From contig JBOIFZ010000099.1 in the NCBI GenBank assembly GCA_050741735.1, positions 1 to 46,637 on the forward strand: a stretch of DNA of 46,637 bases. The letters are read 5' to 3'. A program made the position numbers and the translations under genes. Below, in pieces: positions 32,150-41,471 of this stretch. The first letter of the stretch is position 1, and the number at the start of each line of letters is the position of its first letter. The stretch comes from Burkholderiales bacterium (GTDB lineage: Bacteria; Pseudomonadota; Gammaproteobacteria; Burkholderiales; JACQAP01). The notes below the pieces were generated by a model, which searched no databases, had not been told where the DNA came from, and saw nothing but the letters and a program-made list of their open reading frames with translations.

Positions 32150-33421
32150 TTAATCGTCTCTTTCTGGTGGTAGCAGGCGCACCGAGCGGATCAGCCGGTC
32201 CTGGGTTTGGAGCACCTCAATCGGGTATCCGGCGAGCTTGAGGCTGGTCCCCGGCTCCGGGATGTCCTGCAGGTGCTCCAGGATCAGCCCGTTCAGGGTC
32301 TTGGGGCCGTCGAGGGGAAAGCGGTAGCCGAGCTTGCGGTTCAGTTCCCGCAGCAGGCTGCCGCCCTCCACGATGATGCTGCCGTCTTCCATGCGGCGGA
32401 AGCGCGCGGTTTGCAGCGGAGAATGGGTGGTGAATTCGCCGATGATCTCCTCAAAAATGTCCTCGAGCTTAAGCAGCCCCTTCAGTTCCCCATACTCGTC
32501 CACCACCAGCGCCATCCGGTCCTGCTGTTCCTGGAAATTCTGCAACTGGGTGAGCAGCGGGGTATCCAGGGGAATGAAATACGGTTCGCGCATGATTTCC
32601 TTGAGAGTCTCTGCGCTGATCTGTTCACCCTCGGAAAGGTTCAGCACCTTGCGCACGTGCACGATACCGACGATGTCGTCCAGCCGGCCGCGATAAACCG
32701 GCAGCCGCGTGTGGTTGCTGGTAGCGATCTGGCGGCGGATCTCGTCCGGAGTTGCTTCGATGTCGATGGCTTCGATCTGGTTGCGCGGGGTCATCGCGTC
32801 CTCGACGGTGATCGACTCGAGGTCGAACAGGTTGAGGAGGATGTTCTGGTGCTTTTGCGGCAGGAGGTTGGCGCCTTCCAGCACCAGGGTGCGCAATTCC
32901 TCCATGCTCAGCGTGTGCGCCTGGCTGTTCTGCGGCTTCAGCCGCAGCAGCCACAGCAGCCCCCTGACGAAAAGGTTGATGAACCAGACTATCGGATAAA
33001 CCAGCTTGAGCAGCGGTGAGAGCACATAGGCCGCCGGAAAGGCGATGCGTTCCGGGTAGGTCGCCCCGATCACTTTGGGCGTGATCTCGCTGAAGATGAG
33101 GATTGCAAAAGTGACCGCAAGCGTTCCCAGCGTGAGCGCCAGTTCGCTCGCGCCGAACAACCTGAAAGTGATGACCGTGACCAGCGCTGCGGCGGCGGCA
33201 TTGACCAGGTTATTGCCGAGAAGCACCACGCCAAGCAGGCGGTCGGTTCGGGAAAGCAACTGTACAGTGAGGCGGGCACCGCGGTGGCCGGACTTGGCGA
33301 GATGCCTCAACCGGTAGCGGTTGAGCGCCATCATGCTGGTTTCGGAAATGGAAAAAAAAGCGGAAACGACGAGCAGGACTACAAATGCAATTAGCAGCGT
33401 ATGGAGCGGAATTTCGTCCAA
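32150..33421 (-). CDS. HlyC/CorC-family transporter (DUF21 + CBS pair + CorC_HlyC), YfjD-like
   Basis: 423 aa. The N-terminal membrane DUF21 domain has FFSISETSMMALNRYRL, followed by a CBS pair and a C-terminal transporter-associated domain. Synteny with ypjD and ffh matches E. coli. Confidence 0.9.
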   Translation of the reverse strand: MDEIPLHTLLIAFVVLLVVSAFFSISETSMMALNRYRLRHLAKSGHRGARLTVQLLSRTDRLLGVVLLGNNLVNAAAAALVTVITFRLFGASELALTLGTLAVTFAILIFSEITPKVIGATYPERIAFPAAYVLSPLLKLVYPIVWFINLFVRGLLWLLRLKPQNSQAHTLSMEELRTLVLEGANLLPQKHQNILLNLFDLESITVEDAMTPRNQIEAIDIEATPDEIRRQIATSNHTRLPVYRGRLDDIVGIVHVRKVLNLSEGEQISAETLKEIMREPYFIPLDTPLLTQLQNFQEQQDRMALVVDEYGELKGLLKLEDIFEEIIGEFTTHSPLQTARFRRMEDGSIIVEGGSLLRELNRKLGYRFPLDGPKTLNGLILEHLQDIPEPGTSLKLAGYPIEVLQTQDRLIRSVRLLPPERDD

Positions 33422-33526
33422 GTGCGGTCACCACCGGGTTGTAAAGTCGAAATCAGTATCGGCAGCGCGACAAACAGTGTCAAGGCAGTCGCCGCAGAGC
33501 TTCCCTAGTTACAGCGCGGTTGCCGT

Positions 33527-34348
33527 TCAGCGTTGCAACAGAACTTCGAGCACGAATTTGCTGCCGATGTAGGCGAGCACCAGCGACAGGAAACCGGCGA
33601 GCGTCCAGCGCATCGCCACGCGCCCGCGCCAGCCGTAGAGCGCGCGCCCGGCGAGCAGCGCCGCGAAGATGATCCAGGAGAGGATACCGAACACCGTCTT
33701 GTGGGTGAACGACATTGGCTTGCCGAACAAGGCTTCCGAAAACAGAATGCCGCTGCCCAGCGTGAGCGTGAGCAGCACAAAGCCGGCGGCGATGATGCGG
33801 AACAGCAACTGCTCCATGGTCAGCAGCGGCGGGAGCCCCTGCAGGAAACGCGGCAGATTGCCGCGGTGCAGGCGGCGCTCCATCATTGCCATCATCAGCA
33901 CGTGCAGCGACGCGATGGTGAACAGGCTGTACGCCAGCAGCGCAATGACCAGGTGCGCCTTGAACGCGGCGAACTGTGTGTTTGCAAGCGGATGCACCGG
34001 CGGCAACGCGAGCGGCAGCAGGGACAGTGCCGCCGCGGCAGGCACGACCAGCACCTGCAGGCCTTCGAGCCGGTAGAAGAAACTGCCGGCCCAGTAGATC
34101 AGCACCGTCAGCCAGATGATCACCGAAACCGCGTTGCCGACACCGAGATAAAGACCCTCCGGCCCAAACGCGGCGCGCGCCAGCAGCCACGCGTGCAGTG
34201 ACAACGGCACGATCAGTGCCGCATGCGCCCAGCGTGCCGTCGACTGCACGCCTTGCGGCGGTGACGGCAGCAGCGCATCGCGCCAGAGGAAGAAGGCCAG
34301 CGCGGCGTAGCCGAGACTCACCAGAAGATGAAGTAAAATGTCGCCCAT
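33527..34348 (-). CDS. ypjD: Cytochrome c assembly (CcsA-like) family inner membrane protein, YpjD-like
   Basis: 273 aa from the internal Met (MGDILLHLLVSLGYAALAFF...); polytopic. It is divergent from ffh, as in E. coli. The 57-codon upstream extension in the ORF track lies inside the repeat element. Confidence 0.82.
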   Translation of the reverse strand: MGDILLHLLVSLGYAALAFFLWRDALLPSPPQGVQSTARWAHAALIVPLSLHAWLLARAAFGPEGLYLGVGNAVSVIIWLTVLIYWAGSFFYRLEGLQVLVVPAAAALSLLPLALPPVHPLANTQFAAFKAHLVIALLAYSLFTIASLHVLMMAMMERRLHRGNLPRFLQGLPPLLTMEQLLFRIIAAGFVLLTLTLGSGILFSEALFGKPMSFTHKTVFGILSWIIFAALLAGRALYGWRGRVAMRWTLAGFLSLVLAYIGSKFVLEVLLQR

Positions 34349-34351
34349 ACT

Positions 34352-34705
34352 AGTGTCCTGTTCCGATGATTCGCGGCTGAAAACCCGTCGAGAATCGGCG
34401 CCATGCTGTGTTACGGGTCCTCGCCGTGCGTGTCGTAGCGCGGAAGAGGGACCCCTCTGGGGATCTGACCGCGGAGACACGCGTAAGGCCGGTGGTGACA
34501 CGCTATTGGCCGGTTGCACGGTCGCATCCCCGCAAGCGGGGCCCCTGCTCCACGTTCCACCGGCCCCACCACTGCCGAGGACTCGCTCCTTGCCTGACGC
34601 CGATTTCGCGGGTTTTCCGATCGATGATGGATCGCCGTCACATAGACCATGGGACTGGCTTCCAAGGTTCGCGAGTTATCCCACGAATCAGCGGAACAGG
34701 ACACT
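34352..34705. mobile_element. 354-bp foldback / MITE-like element with 25-bp terminal inverted repeats (no transposase)
   Basis: agtgtcctgttccgatgattcgcgg (34352-34376) pairs with ccacgaatcagcggaacaggacact (34681-34705), 23/25. Nested inverted pairs: 34379-34400/34598-34617, 34417-34423/34576-34582 and 34487-34495/34557-34565. No target-site duplication seen. Confidence 0.6.
34435..34553. repeat. REPIN-like doublet: two REP-like units in inverted orientation (34435-34476 fwd, 34515-34553 rev)
   Basis: The units are gtagcgcggaagagggacccctctggggatctgaccgcggag and tgcacggtcgcatccccgcaagcggggcccctgctccac. The second is a diverged reverse complement of the first. The same family occurs at 14667-14838. 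Confidence 0.7.
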
Positions 34706-34776
34706 GGCAGATATGTGAACTTGGCTTGCGCAGTCTACATTATCCCCATCTGCTCTACATTCCAGGCACATCGCGG

Positions 34777-36123
34777 ATGCTCGACAGCCTCACCAGCCGG
34801 CTCGCCGGCGTCGTCAAGACGCTGCGTGGTCAGGCGCGCCTGACCGAAGCCAACATCCAGGAGGCGTTGCGCGAAGTGCGCATTGCGCTGCTCGAGGCCG
34901 ACGTCGCGCTCCCGGTAGTCAGGGATTTCATCGCGCGGGTGAAGGAGAAGGCGGTAGGCGAGGAAGTGATCGGCAGCCTCACGCCCGGACAGGCGCTGGT
35001 GGGTGTGGTGCAACGCGAGTTGACCGAACTGATGGGCAGCCGCAACGACGCTCTCAACCTGGCGGCTGTTCCTCCTGCGGTGATCCTGCTGGCCGGCCTG
35101 CAGGGATCGGGCAAGACCACGACCGCCGGCAAACTGGCGAAGCTGCTCGGTGAGCAGAAGAAGAAAACACTGCTGGCGAGTTGCGACGTCTATAGACCTG
35201 CCGCGATCGAGCAGCTTGCGACACTGGCGCGCCAGCTCGGCGTCGAAATGTTTACGTCCGACGCTGCGGAAAAACCCGAGGAGATTGCCGCTGGAGCGCT
35301 CGATTACGCGCGCAAGCACTATCACGATGTGTTGATCGTGGACACGGCCGGCCGCTTGGCGATCGACGCGGCCATGATGCGGGAGATCCGCCGGCTTCAC
35401 GCCGTGCTCAATCCGGTGGAAACGCTGTTCGTTGTGGACTCGATGCAGGGCCAGGACGCGGTGAATGTCGCCAAGGCCTTTGCCGATGTGCTGCCGCTCA
35501 CCGGCGTGGTGCTCACCAAGCTCGACGGTGACGCGCGCGGCGGCGCGGCGCTTTCGGTCCGGCAGGTGACCGGCAGGCCGATCAAGTTCGTCGGAGTATC
35601 GGAAAGGCCGAGCGGGCTGGAGCCGTTTTTTCCCGAACGCCTGGCCGCGCGCATTCTCGGCATGGGCGACGTGCTGGCGCTGGTGGAGGAGGCGCGCAAA
35701 AACATCGACGTCGAGGAAGCCGAAAAACTTGCCAGGAAAGTGAAGGCTGGCAAGGGCTTCGATCTCGAGGATTTCAAGAACCAGATGCAGCAGATGAAGA
35801 AGATGGGCGGCTTGTCGGCGCTGATCGACAAGTTGCCGGCGCAACTCGCGCAGGCCGCGCAGGGCGCGCCGATGGACGAGCGCGTCATCGGCCGCACTGT
35901 GGGCATCGTCGAATCGATGACGCCGCAGGAACGCGCCAAACCCGAGATCATCAAGGCGTCGCGCAAGCGCCGCATCGCCGCCGGCGCTGGGGTGTCGATT
36001 CAGGAGGTCAACCGCCTTCTCGGCCAGTTCGAGCAGATGCAGAAAATGATGAAAATGATGGGCAAGGGCGGGCTGCAAAAAATAACGCGGGGAATGAAGG
36101 GCGGATTCCCCGGAATACGCTAG
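34777..36123 (+). CDS. ffh: Signal recognition particle protein Ffh
   Basis: The internal ATG 34777 gives MLDSLTSRLAGVVKTLRGQARLTEANIQEALREVR, the canonical Ffh start. GTPase motifs GLQGSGKTTT, DTAGR and TKLDGD are present, followed by a Met-rich M domain. Confidence 0.97.
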   Translation: MLDSLTSRLAGVVKTLRGQARLTEANIQEALREVRIALLEADVALPVVRDFIARVKEKAVGEEVIGSLTPGQALVGVVQRELTELMGSRNDALNLAAVPPAVILLAGLQGSGKTTTAGKLAKLLGEQKKKTLLASCDVYRPAAIEQLATLARQLGVEMFTSDAAEKPEEIAAGALDYARKHYHDVLIVDTAGRLAIDAAMMREIRRLHAVLNPVETLFVVDSMQGQDAVNVAKAFADVLPLTGVVLTKLDGDARGGAALSVRQVTGRPIKFVGVSERPSGLEPFFPERLAARILGMGDVLALVEEARKNIDVEEAEKLARKVKAGKGFDLEDFKNQMQQMKKMGGLSALIDKLPAQLAQAAQGAPMDERVIGRTVGIVESMTPQERAKPEIIKASRKRRIAAGAGVSIQEVNRLLGQFEQMQKMMKMMGKGGLQKITRGMKGGFPGIR

Positions 36124-36244
36124 CGCCTCGCCTGCGTTGCGCATTGCTATGGTCAGCGCCGGAACCACCTCTGCTGCCCGGCGGTCTTACCGGACACATG
36201 CTCTCCGGTACAATGCCGGTCCCCGCCAAAGAAAGCTGCACCCG

Positions 36245-37012
36245 ATGAATCGAGCGTTGATTGCCGTCGTCATGCTGTTCTCGTGCTGTTCCGCCGTCCT
36301 GGCGATGGACTACGAGCGCGAGAAACGCTGGTCGGACCAGATCCTGCCCGCGGTCCTGATCGGCGAGCCGGTGTGGCTGAAGCAGAAAAACGGTCACGAG
36401 TTCCTGACGCTATACACCGGGGCCGAGAAGGCGCGCGGCGCCGTCATCGTCGGTCACGGTCGCGGCTGGAACCCGGACTTCGAGCTCTACGGCACCTTGC
36501 GCGTAAAGCTTGCGGAGGCCGGCTACACCACGCTCTCGATCCAGTTGCCGGTGCTCGGGCCGGGCGCCAAGGTCGGTGATTACATTCCGACCTATGCCGA
36601 CGGAGCGGACCGCTACGAGCTGGCGGCCAAGTTCCTGCGCGAGAAGGGCTACCGCAACGTCGCCATCGTTTCGCACAGCCTGGGCGCGACCATGGCCAAC
36701 CAGTATCTGATCAAGGCTGACGAAACCACGGTCAAGGCCTGGGTGTTCGTCGGCATCATCAACGGCCTGGAAGAGATGTTCCGCATCAAGATCCCGGTAC
36801 TGGACGTGTTTGGCAGCAAGGACTGGGAGATCACCCAGGTCGGCGCCTACGAACGCAAGCGCCAGATCGACAAGGTACCCGGTTCGCAGCAGGTCATCGT
36901 CCCCGACGCCCTGCATTTCTTTGAGGGCAAGGAAGACGAACTGGTCAAAGTGATCGTGAGTTTCCTTGATCCGGTGTTCCATTCCGGGAAGCCCGGAGAC
37001 GCCGAAAAATAG
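36245..37012 (+). CDS. Secreted alpha/beta-fold hydrolase family protein (function unknown)
   Basis: The internal Met gives a signal-peptide-like MNRALIAVVMLFSCCSAVLA. A nucleophile-elbow-like VSHSLGA is present. The family call is approximate. Confidence 0.6.
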   Translation: MNRALIAVVMLFSCCSAVLAMDYEREKRWSDQILPAVLIGEPVWLKQKNGHEFLTLYTGAEKARGAVIVGHGRGWNPDFELYGTLRVKLAEAGYTTLSIQLPVLGPGAKVGDYIPTYADGADRYELAAKFLREKGYRNVAIVSHSLGATMANQYLIKADETTVKAWVFVGIINGLEEMFRIKIPVLDVFGSKDWEITQVGAYERKRQIDKVPGSQQVIVPDALHFFEGKEDELVKVIVSFLDPVFHSGKPGDAEK

Positions 37013-37103
37013 CCGCGGGGGCGTGGCGCCGGACCCCTTCCAGTTTGGCGCTTGCAACCCCGTGCCGGGCCCGGCGGAGCCGCTTCGCGCACCCAAACTT
37101 CCC

Positions 37104-37133
37104 TTGCAAACCACGGAAAAACCGGCGTAAAAT
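37104..37133 (+). promoter_or_regulatory. Candidate sigma70 promoter of the rpsP-rimM-trmD-rplS operon (TTGCAA-18 nt-TAAAAT)
   Basis: ttgcaa at 37104-37109 and taaaat at 37128-37133, 30 nt upstream of the rpsP ATG. RBS gagggtgga. Confidence 0.55.
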
Positions 37134-37162
37134 CGCGCGCTTCGCTTTTGAGGGTGGACGTC

Positions 37163-37417
37163 ATGGTAGTGATTCGACTTGCGCGCGGGGGTGCCAGAAA
37201 GCGCCCGTTCTTCAATATGGTGGTGGCTGACTCGCGCTTTGCCCGCGACGGCCGTTTCATCGAGCGCGTCGGGTTCTACAATCCGAAAGCTCCCGAGGGC
37301 CAGGAGTCCTTGCGCATCCAACTCGACCGTGTGGCGTTCTGGCAAGGCAAAGGCGCCAAGCTGTCGGACACGGCAGTGCGCCTGGTGAAGCAATTCAGTG
37401 AGTCGGCCAAGACCTGA
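37163..37417 (+). CDS. rpsP: 30S ribosomal protein S16
   Basis: 84 aa from the internal ATG: [25 protein letters not shown]. Confidence 0.97.
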   Translation: MVVIRLARGGARKRPFFNMVVADSRFARDGRFIERVGFYNPKAPEGQESLRIQLDRVAFWQGKGAKLSDTAVRLVKQFSESAKT

Positions 37418-37910
37418 GCCGATGGTAGTAATGGGGCGCGTGAGCGCCCCGCACGGAGTCAAGGGCTGGATCAAGGTCCAGCCGTTTACACAGGAAATTG
37501 GCGGCCTGCTTGGCTACCCCGAGTGGTGGCTGGACAGGGATGGCGAGTGGCGGCAGCACCGGATCGCCGAATCGGCGGTGCACGGCACGCTGGTGCTCGC
37601 CAGGCTTGAAGGCTGCACCGACCGCGAAGCGGCGGCGGCGCTGAAGGGCGCCGAGGTTGCGATACCGCGCCGCCTGCTGCCCGAGAACCGGGAAGGCGAG
37701 TATTACTGGAGCGACCTTCTCGGCATGGAAGTGTTGAACCGGCGCGGCGTGCATCTTGGTCGCGTGGCGAAGGTGCTGGAAACCGGCGCCAACAATGTTC
37801 TGGTGCTCGAAGGTGAACGGGAATTACTGGTCCCGTTTGTCGACAGCGTGATTCTCGCTGTGGACCTGGCCGGCGGGCGCCTGTCGGTGGACTGGGAACT
37901 CGATTACTGA
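37398..37910 (+). CDS. rimM: Ribosome maturation factor RimM
   Basis: [15 protein letters not shown] is the RimM N-terminal motif, followed by a PRC-barrel C-terminus. The start is either GTG 37398 (overlapping rpsP) or ATG 37422. Confidence 0.9.
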   Translation: MSRPRPEPMVVMGRVSAPHGVKGWIKVQPFTQEIGGLLGYPEWWLDRDGEWRQHRIAESAVHGTLVLARLEGCTDREAAAALKGAEVAIPRRLLPENREGEYYWSDLLGMEVLNRRGVHLGRVAKVLETGANNVLVLEGERELLVPFVDSVILAVDLAGGRLSVDWELDY

Positions 37911-37920
37911 GCGTGCGGCA

Positions 37921-38694
37921 ATGATTCACCTTGACGTCGTCACCCTGTTCCCCGATATGTTCGAGGCCATCACCGGCAGCGGCATCACCCAGCGGGCGCG
38001 CGAAAAAGGGTTTTACGAACTGGTGCTGTGGAATCCGCGTGATTTCAGCACCAATGCCTATCGCAGCGTCGACGACCGCCCTTACGGCGGCGGCCCCGGC
38101 ATGGTGATGATGGCGCAGCCGTTGTCGAAAGCCATGGCGGCGGCACGGCAGCGGCAGCTCAGTTGCGGCGTAAGCCGTACGCGAACCATTTATCTGTCGC
38201 CGCAGGGCAGGCCGCTGACGCAAAAAATCGTGAAAGAACTGGGCCAGCTGGAAGGCCTGGTGTTGCTCGCGGGACGCTACGAAGGCGTGGACGAGCGGCT
38301 GCTGCGAACCGAAGTGCAGGACCAGATCTCCATCGGGGATTACGTGCTTTCCGGCGGGGAACTGCCGGCCATGGTGCTGATGGACGCGCTGATCCGGCGC
38401 ATTCCCGGCGTCCTGAACGATGCCGAGTCGGCGCAGCAGGAATCCTTCGAAGAGGGCCTGCTTGATTTCCCGCACTTCACGCGGCCGGAGCTGTACCAGG
38501 GCGAGCCGGTTCCCGCAGTACTGTTGTCGGGACATCACGTGGAGATCGCCAGGTGGCGCATGAAGCAGTCGCTGGGGCGCACCTGGAAGCGGCGGCCGGA
38601 TCTGCTGGCGAAAATGAAGCTGAGCGCCGATCAAGCGGCGCTGCTGGAAGAATACAAGGCGGAACGCAACGAAACGCAGGAGCTGATCAAATGA
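37921..38694 (+). CDS. trmD: tRNA (guanine37-N1)-methyltransferase TrmD
   Basis: 257 aa. Motifs [22 protein letters not shown] and [10 protein letters not shown]. Confidence 0.97.
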   Translation: MIHLDVVTLFPDMFEAITGSGITQRAREKGFYELVLWNPRDFSTNAYRSVDDRPYGGGPGMVMMAQPLSKAMAAARQRQLSCGVSRTRTIYLSPQGRPLTQKIVKELGQLEGLVLLAGRYEGVDERLLRTEVQDQISIGDYVLSGGELPAMVLMDALIRRIPGVLNDAESAQQESFEEGLLDFPHFTRPELYQGEPVPAVLLSGHHVEIARWRMKQSLGRTWKRRPDLLAKMKLSADQAALLEEYKAERNETQELIK

Positions 38695-39065
38695 ACCTCA
38701 TCAAGACGATCGAACAGGAAGAAATCACCCGGCTGGGCAAGAACGTGCCCGACTTTGCGCCGGGCGATACCGTGGTGGTCAACGTGAACGTGGTCGAAGG
38801 CGATCGCAAGCGCGTGCAGGCCTACGAGGGCGTTGTGGTGGCCAAACGCAACCGCGGCCTGAACTCCTCGTTCATCGTGCGCAAGATTTCCTCGGGCGAA
38901 GGCGTGGAGCGCACTTTCCAGACTTACTCGCCGCTGATCGCCAGCATCGAGCTGAAACGCCGCGGCGAGGTGCGCCGCGCCAAGCTTTACTATCTGCGCG
39001 AGCGCTCCGGCAAGTCCGCGCGCATCCGCGAAAAACTGGAAGGCGGTCCTGCCGACCCGCAGTAA
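38691..39065 (+). CDS. rplS: 50S ribosomal protein L19
   Basis: 124 aa from ATG 38691 (ATGA overlap with trmD): [11 protein letters not shown]...[13 protein letters not shown]. Confidence 0.97.
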   Translation: MNLIKTIEQEEITRLGKNVPDFAPGDTVVVNVNVVEGDRKRVQAYEGVVVAKRNRGLNSSFIVRKISSGEGVERTFQTYSPLIASIELKRRGEVRRAKLYYLRERSGKSARIREKLEGGPADPQ

Positions 39066-39088
39066 GCATTTCCAAAGGTACGAAAGTC

Positions 39089-39119
39089 AAAGGCGGCCAT
39101 TGGCCGTCTTTGTCGTTTT
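39089..39119 (+). terminator. Rho-independent terminator of the rplS operon
   Basis: aaaggcggcc (39089-39098) pairs with ggccgtcttt (39102-39111) across a 3-nt loop, followed by gtcgtttt. Confidence 0.7.
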
Positions 39120-39462
39120 GCGGACTGCATTCGCGCCGCGTTGCTTTTGCGCCGCGGTCTGCAGCTGGCATCGTTGCTACAATGCCGGGGCCCAACACAG
39201 ATCGCCGTCTCCCCGCCTACCGCCTTCTCCTTTCAAGGGTTCTCTGGCGCAGACGCTCGTCACCGTGGTCAGCGCGGTGATCGGCATTGCTGCGCTGGCC
39301 GGCGGTGTGCAAAACTGGCTGCTGATACAGGCCGATCGCGCGGAGCGCCCGATGCTGATCGCGGCGGGCCTGCTGCTGGTCTACCCTGGAGTGGTCACCG
39401 ATAGCGTGGGGCTGGTCCAGATTGTCGCCGTGGTGCTGATGCAGAATCTGCGTAGCCGATGA
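39100..39462 (+). CDS. Hypothetical ORF; the C-terminal ~75 codons look like the last TM helices of a permease (possible gene remnant or small membrane protein)
   Basis: The 5' third lies inside the rplS terminator and is Cys/Arg/Pro-rich junk. From ~39235 the frame is strongly G/C at third positions and hydrophobic (TLVTVVSAVIGIAALAGG...LIAAGLLLVYPGVVTD...). The stop overlaps the ogt ATG (ATGA). Confidence 0.3.
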   Translation: MAVFVVLRTAFAPRCFCAAVCSWHRCYNAGAQHRSPSPRLPPSPFKGSLAQTLVTVVSAVIGIAALAGGVQNWLLIQADRAERPMLIAAGLLLVYPGVVTDSVGLVQIVAVVLMQNLRSR

Positions 39463-39944
39463 AGCCGATGCTCGAATGCCATCAGGCGAAGATGCAGGCG
39501 CCGTTCGCGGTGCTCGGCATCCGTGTCATTGGCGAGCGCCTGACCGATATCGAGTACCTGCCGCACGGCGCGGCGACGCTGAAACCGCAGATGCCGTTCG
39601 CAAAAGAAGTATGCCGGCAGCTCGCTGCGTACCTGAGGGATCCCGGTTTCGAATTCGACCTGCCATTCGAATACAACGGCACGGAGTACCAGCGCAAGGT
39701 CTGGCAGACGGTGCACGCGATCCCGCCCGGCAAGGTGCTGTCCTACCTGCAGGTGGCCAAGCGCATCGGTTCGGCGCCGCGGCCGGTGGGCAGTGCCTGC
39801 GGCGCGAACCGCATCCCGATCCTGATTCCCTGCCACCGGGTCATCGCCAGCAACGGCATCGGCGGCTTCATGCATGCCCGCCGCGGTTCGCCGATCGAGA
39901 TCAAGCGCTGGCTGCTGCATCACGAGAATCCGGGCGCCTACTGA
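39459..39944 (+). CDS. ogt: Methylated-DNA--protein-cysteine methyltransferase family protein
   Basis: 161 aa. Active site IPCHRV in the context GANRIPILIPCHRVI. Confidence 0.9.
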   Translation: MKPMLECHQAKMQAPFAVLGIRVIGERLTDIEYLPHGAATLKPQMPFAKEVCRQLAAYLRDPGFEFDLPFEYNGTEYQRKVWQTVHAIPPGKVLSYLQVAKRIGSAPRPVGSACGANRIPILIPCHRVIASNGIGGFMHARRGSPIEIKRWLLHHENPGAY

Positions 39945-40840
39945 TGGCCGCAGACGACGGTCTTCTGGATGAATTCTGCGACGCGCTCTGGCTCGAGGAC
40001 GGCCTGTCGCGCAACACGCTGGAAAGTTACCGCCGCGACCTGAGGTTGTTCGCCTTATGGCTGGCGTCGGAACGCGGCAAGACATTGGTGCACGCCGAAC
40101 GCGTCGACCTGCTAGGCTATCTCGCCCACAAGTTCCACCGCCGCGCCAAGCCGCGCTCCGCGGCGCGGCTGCTCTCCAGCCTCAAGCGTCTTTACCGGTT
40201 CCTGTTGCGCGAGGGCAGGATCACGGCCGATCCGACGTTGCAGGTGGAAGCGCCGAAACTTCCGCGTAGCCTGCCCAAGAGCCTGACCGAAGAAGACATC
40301 GAACGGCTGCTCGCTGCGCCGGACGTTGAGACGCCGCGGGGGCTGCGCGACAAGGCGATGCTGGAGGCGCTGTACGCGAGCGGGTTGCGGGTCTCCGAAC
40401 TGGTGTCCGTGGCGGTTGCACAAGTCAGCCAGGACATGGGCGTGGTGCGCATCGTCGGCAAGGGATCGAAAGAACGGCTGGTCCCGCTGGGTGAGGAGGC
40501 GCTGGCGTGGATCCGCCGCTACATTGCGCAGGCACGCCCGGAGATCCTCGACGGCAAGCGCACCGATGCGCTGTTCGTCACCGCGCGCGGCGAATCGATG
40601 ACGCGCCAGTCGTTCTGGCATTTGATCCGGCGCTACGCCGCCAAGGCGGGCTTGAGCAAGCAGATCTCGCCGCACACCTTGCGCCATGCGTTCGCCACCC
40701 ACCTGCTCAACCACGGCGCCGACCTGCGCGTGGTGCAGTTGCTGCTCGGCCATGCCGACATTTCCACGACTCAGATTTACACTCACGTCGCGCGCGAACG
40801 GCTGAAGCAGCTGCACGCGAAGCACCACCCTCGCGGCTGA
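39944..40840 (+). CDS. xerD: Site-specific tyrosine recombinase XerD
   Basis: 298 aa from the internal ATG 39944. It is collinear with E. coli XerD as I remember it (FCDALWLEDGLSRNTLESYRRDL, RDKAMLEALYASGLRVSELV, LRHAFATHLLNHGADLRVVQLLLGHADISTTQIYTHV). Confidence 0.93.
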   Translation: MAADDGLLDEFCDALWLEDGLSRNTLESYRRDLRLFALWLASERGKTLVHAERVDLLGYLAHKFHRRAKPRSAARLLSSLKRLYRFLLREGRITADPTLQVEAPKLPRSLPKSLTEEDIERLLAAPDVETPRGLRDKAMLEALYASGLRVSELVSVAVAQVSQDMGVVRIVGKGSKERLVPLGEEALAWIRRYIAQARPEILDGKRTDALFVTARGESMTRQSFWHLIRRYAAKAGLSKQISPHTLRHAFATHLLNHGADLRVVQLLLGHADISTTQIYTHVARERLKQLHAKHHPRG

Positions 40841-40862
40841 TACTCAAGGAGAACCGAACACG

Positions 40863-41471
40863 ATGGCTTCCGCGCTGTTCGTCCTGGCCGCCTACCTCAT
40901 AGGCTCCATTTCCTTCGCGGTGGTGGTGAGCTGGTTCTTCAGACTGCCGGATCCGCACACCTACGGCTCGCGCAACCCGGGGGCGACCAACGTGTTGCGC
41001 ACCGGGAAAAAGGCCGCGGCAGTGCTGACGCTGATCGGCGATGCGGCGAAGGGCGCGGTCGCGCTGTGGCTGGCGCAGCAATTTGCAGCACGCTTCGGTG
41101 TCGGCGAGCCGACGCTCGCGGCGGTGGCGCTCGCGGCGTTTCTCGGGCACCTGTTCCCGCTGTATTTCCGCTTCCGGGGCGGCAAAGGGGTCGCCACCGC
41201 GGCGGGCATCCTGCTGGCGATGGACTGGCGCATCGCGCTCACGCTGCTGGTGCTGTGGGCGCTGGTGGCGGTGGTCTCGCGTTATTCGTCGCTGGCGGCG
41301 ATCGTCGCGGCGGCGCTGTCTCCGCTCGCGGCTTTCCACTTTCTCGGCTGGGCGCCGATGACCTGGGCGGTGCTGGTGATCGCGGTTCTGCTGGTATGGC
41401 GCCACCGAGGCAACATCGAAAGGTTGCTCGCAGGCAACGAAAGCAGGATCAGGCTGGTGAAACGCTTTTAA
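40863..41471 (+). CDS. plsY: Glycerol-3-phosphate acyltransferase PlsY
   Basis: 202 aa membrane protein. Motifs [12 protein letters not shown] and FRGGKGVAT. Confidence 0.95.
   Translation: MASALFVLAAYLIGSISFAVVVSWFFRLPDPHTYGSRNPGATNVLRTGKKAAAVLTLIGDAAKGAVALWLAQQFAARFGVGEPTLAAVALAAFLGHLFPLYFRFRGGKGVATAAGILLAMDWRIALTLLVLWALVAVVSRYSSLAAIVAAALSPLAAFHFLGWAPMTWAVLVIAVLLVWRHRGNIERLLAGNESRIRLVKRF

Noticed and set aside
34352-34705. Possibility that the ffh-adjacent structured element is SRP (4.5S) RNA, tmRNA or 6S RNA.
   Set aside because: It has no SRP domain IV motif, no tRNA-like tmRNA ends (GGGG...TCCACCA) and no 6S central-bubble architecture that I can see. Its core is shared with the ddl insertion, which argues for a repeat element.
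36207-36217. 11-mer tacaatgccgg shared between 36207-36217 (upstream of the hydrolase gene) and 39176-39186 (after rplS), considered as a common promoter or operator.
   Set aside because: Hundreds of repeated 11-mers are expected by chance in ~47 kb of two-stranded GC-biased DNA. The flanks do not extend the match convincingly.
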